A stretch of 10,553 bases of DNA from Pseudobdellovibrionaceae bacterium. Its GTDB lineage: Bacteria; Bdellovibrionota; Bdellovibrionia; Bdellovibrionales; Bdellovibrionaceae. The position numbers and the translations under genes are program-made. Shown here in pieces: positions 6,951 through 10,553 of this stretch (positions within the stretch are counted from its first letter, which is position 1; every line of letters begins with the position of its first letter). The notes below the pieces were generated by a model. The model was given only the letters and a program-made list of their open reading frames with translations. It was not told where the DNA came from and ran no database searches. Location of the stretch: positions 1 to 10,553 of the forward strand of contig JBIKLL010000086.1 of the NCBI GenBank assembly GCA_044359815.1, read 5' to 3'.

Positions 6951-8216
6951 TTGAGCATCACTATTCAGATTGATCAATTTCATGGCCCTATGGATCTTCT
7001 TTTGTACCTTATTAAAAAAGAAGAAATGGATATTTTAGATATTCAAATAAACAAGATCACCAAACAGTATCTGGATTATTTAAAGGCCATGAAGGATTTG
7101 GATCTTGAGATTGCCAGCGAATTTATTGATATGGCTTCAACATTGATATTAATCAAAAGCAAAATGCTTTTACCTCAGTATGATGAATCCGGCGAACTGG
7201 TGGAAACCGAAGATCCTCGTAAAGAATTAGCCAGACGGCTTATGGAGTATCAAAAATTTAAAGACATTTCAGCCGAGCTTAACAAGCGTCCGCTCAAGGG
7301 GCGTGATTGGTGGGTCAGGGGTTGTGAGGAAGAGCTTCCTCAGCCCGAGGAAGAAATTATCGTTGAGGAAAACGGATTGTTTTCGTTAATCAGTTTTTAC
7401 CGCTCATTGATGAAGTCTGTAAAAAGTAAAGTTCATAGGGTTGCGGCTAAAGCCCAATCAATTGCTCAGAGAGTTTTAGAAATCAAAGACCAAATGATTA
7501 CTGGGATGAGAATCACTATGTCTTCGTTAGTAACCAATACTGGTGAAAGGCGGCCTCAGACACTGATTACATTTTTAAGTTTGTTGGAATTAGCAAAAAT
7601 GGGATTTGTTAGTTTATTTCAAAATCAAAATTACGAAGAAATTTACATCGACACCTTGAAGCCCATTGAAACTGATGTGATCAACAGAGTTGAGGAATAC
7701 GATGCTATTTCTGCTGAACAAACGGCGCTAAAGATTTTTGGTAACGAGGAGGATTCGGACGGAGATTCAGAATCAAAACCGGCAGAAGTTGTCACAGCTG
7801 ATGGTGATTCGGCAACCGGCAGTGTTGAGGATGGTTCACAAGCGAACTTGGAAGCTGATATTGTTTCTTTTGAGACATCAGCTGATTCTGCGATTTTGAT
7901 TGAATCCAACCAAAGCACGGTTTCTGAAATTGAAGCAGAGTTGAGTCTGTTTGATCCGCAGGTCATTGAAGAAAGTCTGCAAACATCTGAACCCGTTTTG
8001 CAAGTAACTGCTGAAATTTCTGAAGTTGTAATCGTGGCAGATGAGCAGGGTTCTGAGCAGATTTTAGAAGCAGCGATCGACTCTGAAATTGTTGAATCGA
8101 AATTGAGTCCTGAAGTGATTGCGGTTTTTGAATCTGAACAGGGCATTGATGTTGATAAGTCAGGTCTTGATGATGAGGGGCCAGAAGGTTCTTCAACTAT
8201 AGAGGGAAGTGTATGA
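6951..8216 (+). CDS. scpA: Segregation and condensation protein A (kleisin) with long acidic C-terminal tail
   Basis: FHGPMDLLLYLI, ASEFIDMASTLILIKSKMLLP, EDPRKELARRLMEYQKFK, TFLSLLELAK. TTG start with SD GAAGGA at 6938-6943. Confidence 0.94.
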   Translation: MSITIQIDQFHGPMDLLLYLIKKEEMDILDIQINKITKQYLDYLKAMKDLDLEIASEFIDMASTLILIKSKMLLPQYDESGELVETEDPRKELARRLMEYQKFKDISAELNKRPLKGRDWWVRGCEEELPQPEEEIIVEENGLFSLISFYRSLMKSVKSKVHRVAAKAQSIAQRVLEIKDQMITGMRITMSSLVTNTGERRPQTLITFLSLLELAKMGFVSLFQNQNYEEIYIDTLKPIETDVINRVEEYDAISAEQTALKIFGNEEDSDGDSESKPAEVVTADGDSATGSVEDGSQANLEADIVSFETSADSAILIESNQSTVSEIEAELSLFDPQVIEESLQTSEPVLQVTAEISEVVIVADEQGSEQILEAAIDSEIVESKLSPEVIAVFESEQGIDVDKSGLDDEGPEGSSTIEGSV

Positions 8217-9400
8217 GTAAAAAAAATAAGAAAAAAAACGTCAAAGAATTAACCCTAGATGCCGTGAGCGCTCTGGAAGGTTTGTTGGAAAACCCTTCGA
8301 TCAAAGAAGAAATCATCGAGTTAGAACTGCAAACCGATGAGGCAGATGAAATTGAATTAAAGCCATCAATAAAAAAATCAAAGAACAAAAATAAGAAATC
8401 CAAAAAAACAGAAGGAGCGGAAGACTCTGAAAATAACGAAGCTGCTGAGCTTGCTTCTGATCATCTGTCAGAAGAACCATTAGCGGAACTGTCGGCATCG
8501 GACGAAGAGCTTATCGATACCGACCATCAGTTGATTCAAGGCGATGATGAATTTGTATCCGAGATTTCTGAGGCCGAGATTGAAGCCAGCAGTGATTTGG
8601 ATTTTGAACAAACAGAATTAGCAGGATTTGAAACGGCACAAATAGACATCGTCGAAGATCTTGATGAAAACCGAGTTAAATCCATTGTTGAGTCCGCTTT
8701 GTTTGCATCACACAGGCCTGTTAGCATTGCTTTTTTGAAGGAAACTTTAAAAGGCACTAATATCAAAACGGATCAGATCAGGGCTGCTATTAAAAATTTG
8801 AAGGAAAAATACTTAGCAGAAGATTCTGGTATTATGCTTGAAGAAGTCAGCGGTGGATATCAAATCAGAACTCAACCCATAAATTCGCCGTATTTGTCCA
8901 AGACCTTAAAGGTGAGACCGTTTAAATTGTCGGGGCCAGCATTAGAGGTTTTATCAATCGTCGCTTACAAACAGCCGTTGGTAAAAGCTGAAATTGATCA
9001 GATCAGAGGGGTTGAATCAGGACATCTATTAAGAGCGCTAATGGAAAAGTCCATAGTAGGATTTGTTGGCAAAAGCGAATTGCCTGGCAAACCCATGCTG
9101 TATGGAACTACCAGAAAATTTTTAGAAATATTTAATCTGAGAAATTTGGCTGAACTGCCCAGTCTGTCTGAAATTGATGAATTGCTGCCAGAAGGAATCA
9201 CCGAAGAAGATGATTTGCAGAAAACTAAATTGGCAGACATCACTGATGGGTTGGCTCACCAGGTGGGCGAAAAGTATTCCGAAAACGAGGAAGAACTTAA
9301 CGACATCGTTGATCAATTAAAGGACATCACGACACATTTTGAAGTCCCTAAAGCTCCAGAGGAAGATCCCGGAGCTGGTGAGCCCGCGCCTGTGTTATAA
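8213..9400 (+). CDS. scpB: SMC-Scp complex subunit ScpB with long N-terminal Lys-rich/acidic extension
   Basis: IVESALFAS, EVSGGYQIRT, LSGPALEVLSIVAYKQP, IDQIRGV, PGKPMLYGTTRKFLEIFNLRNLAELP. ATGA overlap with scpA. Confidence 0.95.
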   Translation: MSKKNKKKNVKELTLDAVSALEGLLENPSIKEEIIELELQTDEADEIELKPSIKKSKNKNKKSKKTEGAEDSENNEAAELASDHLSEEPLAELSASDEELIDTDHQLIQGDDEFVSEISEAEIEASSDLDFEQTELAGFETAQIDIVEDLDENRVKSIVESALFASHRPVSIAFLKETLKGTNIKTDQIRAAIKNLKEKYLAEDSGIMLEEVSGGYQIRTQPINSPYLSKTLKVRPFKLSGPALEVLSIVAYKQPLVKAEIDQIRGVESGHLLRALMEKSIVGFVGKSELPGKPMLYGTTRKFLEIFNLRNLAELPSLSEIDELLPEGITEEDDLQKTKLADITDGLAHQVGEKYSENEEELNDIVDQLKDITTHFEVPKAPEEDPGAGEPAPVL

Positions 9401-9404
9401 TCGA

Positions 9405-9947
9405 GTGACGAAAACAAAGAATAAGTATCTAGTTTATTTTTTAAATTTATTTATTGGTTTTCATTTGTTCACTATGATCACTATGCCAGGAACGGGATCC
9501 ATTATCACAAAGCTCACCGAACGATGGACCAGTCCTTATGCCAATCAAATTGGTCTTAATGCCAATTGGAACTTTTTTTCACCAGATCCCGCTCATATGA
9601 TGTATCAGCGAGTAGTGATTAAATTTGAAGATTCAGATGGGAACGACCTGAAAGATCCTATTGAGTTTGTTTATCCGCCCGAGGATTCAAGGGATTTTGT
9701 TTTTAATCCAGCCAAGAGAAGATTTTTTTACGCCATGAGATATCTGATGCTAGATCCCAGTAAAATACATTCTGTGATTGGTCCCTATTATTGCAATAAC
9801 AATCCTGGATCCAGCGCCGTATTTATTGAACACAAAGTGATTCCCATTCCGGATTTGCAGTTAGCCTACAGATTTGATCAAGGGTCAGGCCAAGAGGTTA
9901 AATTGTTTAATACACAGTACACATGTGGAACCGAGCCTGAATCATGA
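9405..9947 (+). CDS. Membrane-anchored hypothetical protein, DUF5819/SdpA-like
   Basis: Likely start is the in-frame GTG at 9405, just after the scpB stop (the ORF-track start at 9339 overlaps scpB). One N-terminal TM helix, then a YANQIGLNANWNFFSPDP motif resembling the W-x-(L/F)-F-(A/S)-P-(D/N)-P motif of HTTM-partner proteins, and two Cys (YYC, YTC). Confidence 0.7.
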   Translation: MTKTKNKYLVYFLNLFIGFHLFTMITMPGTGSIITKLTERWTSPYANQIGLNANWNFFSPDPAHMMYQRVVIKFEDSDGNDLKDPIEFVYPPEDSRDFVFNPAKRRFFYAMRYLMLDPSKIHSVIGPYYCNNNPGSSAVFIEHKVIPIPDLQLAYRFDQGSGQEVKLFNTQYTCGTEPES

Positions 9948-10553
9948 AATCCATAATCAATGGTTGGAATTCATTTTGGTATTTTGAATTTAATCCTGAA
10001 AGGATTAAATTGTTTCGTATATTGCTGATGCTGACCCTGTTGATAAATATTTTTCCAAGGCAGTTTGTCGCCAATGATTTGTTTGGTGAAAATTCATTGA
10101 TTCCAAAAGATAAAGCCTTTGAATTTATGCCGACCAATCTGGTTCCAGTATTTGAGTGGTTTTTTTGGCCCTCTCAATGGTCAGCAGTGGTTCACGGAGT
10201 TTTAGTTGCAGGGATTTTATTGATTTTATTGGGATTTACTCCAAGACTATTTAAAATATTTATTTGGATTTTAAATATTGGCTTTATCCAAAGAGCCTAC
10301 CCCTATCTGTTTGGCGCTGATGTGATCTCCAGTTTATTTTTTTTGTACTACTGTTTTATTAATGATCAAAAATCAACTGTGGTTGGATCTGTGTTTTACC
10401 GCATGGTGCAGCTTCAGCTTTGTGTGATCTATTTGTATTCTGGCTTTGAAAAATTAAAAGGAGCCAGTTGGTGGGAAGGCACTGCTTTATGGACGGTACT
10501 TGCAAATCCACAAATGGCGACCTTTGATTACAGTTTTTTAAGACACTTTCCAT
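9944..10553 (+). CDS. HTTM-domain (vitamin-K-dependent carboxylase-like/SdpB-like) polytopic membrane protein, 3'-truncated
   Basis: Absent from the ORF track, presumably because it has no stop in the window. Manual translation from ATG 9944 (ATGA overlap) is open to the end: MKSIINGWNSFWYF...LFRILL...GFIQRAYPYLFGAD...RMVQLQLCVIYLYSGFEKLKGASWWEGTALWTVL. The QLxxIYxxSGxxKLxGxxWxxG motif is typical of HTTM proteins. Confidence 0.85.
   Translation, partial: MKSIINGWNSFWYFEFNPERIKLFRILLMLTLLINIFPRQFVANDLFGENSLIPKDKAFEFMPTNLVPVFEWFFWPSQWSAVVHGVLVAGILLILLGFTPRLFKIFIWILNIGFIQRAYPYLFGADVISSLFFLYYCFINDQKSTVVGSVFYRMVQLQLCVIYLYSGFEKLKGASWWEGTALWTVLANPQMATFDYSFLRHFP

Noticed and set aside
3485..9316. 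Antisense or alternate-frame ORFs (3485-3769, 4217-4654, 4797-5066, 5367-5615, 7643-8146, 8536-8766, 8998-9243 and others)
   Set aside because: They are shadows of well-supported genes. The Ser-rich ones simply mirror Glu/Asp codons on the opposite strand.
10160..10344. Poly-T tracts (T7, T8) in the HTTM gene as frameshift or phase-variation sites
   Set aside because: The frame stays open through both, and such runs are common in Phe/Leu codons of AT-rich membrane genes.

Overview
AT-rich bacterial chromosomal window. Gene content and order suggest a Bdellovibrio-like organism (Bdellovibrionota); this is inference, not verified. In order: (1) 3' part of an FAD-dependent DadA/PuuB-type oxidoreductase; (2) a 188-bp non-coding palindromic element with perfect 51-bp terminal inverted repeats, overlapping that gene's stop codon; (3) a 66-aa Cys/His (CX4CX9CX2H) protein with a sigma28-like promoter and an intrinsic terminator; (4) a predicted Tat-exported seven-repeat Asp-box/BNR beta-propeller protein; (5) on the minus strand, an acyl-CoA dehydrogenase overlapping an orphan family-5 (Opp/Dpp-type) solute-binding protein; (6) a tightly packed plus-strand run: site-2 protease, trpS (with a four-Cys putative [4Fe-4S] motif), scpA, scpB (both with long acidic extensions), a DUF5819/SdpA-like protein and an HTTM/SdpB-like membrane protein that runs off the end. 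No CRISPR array, tRNA, rRNA, transposase, integrase or reverse transcriptase was seen. The accessory-looking stretch 588-2466 and the SdpAB-like pair are the most interesting parts.
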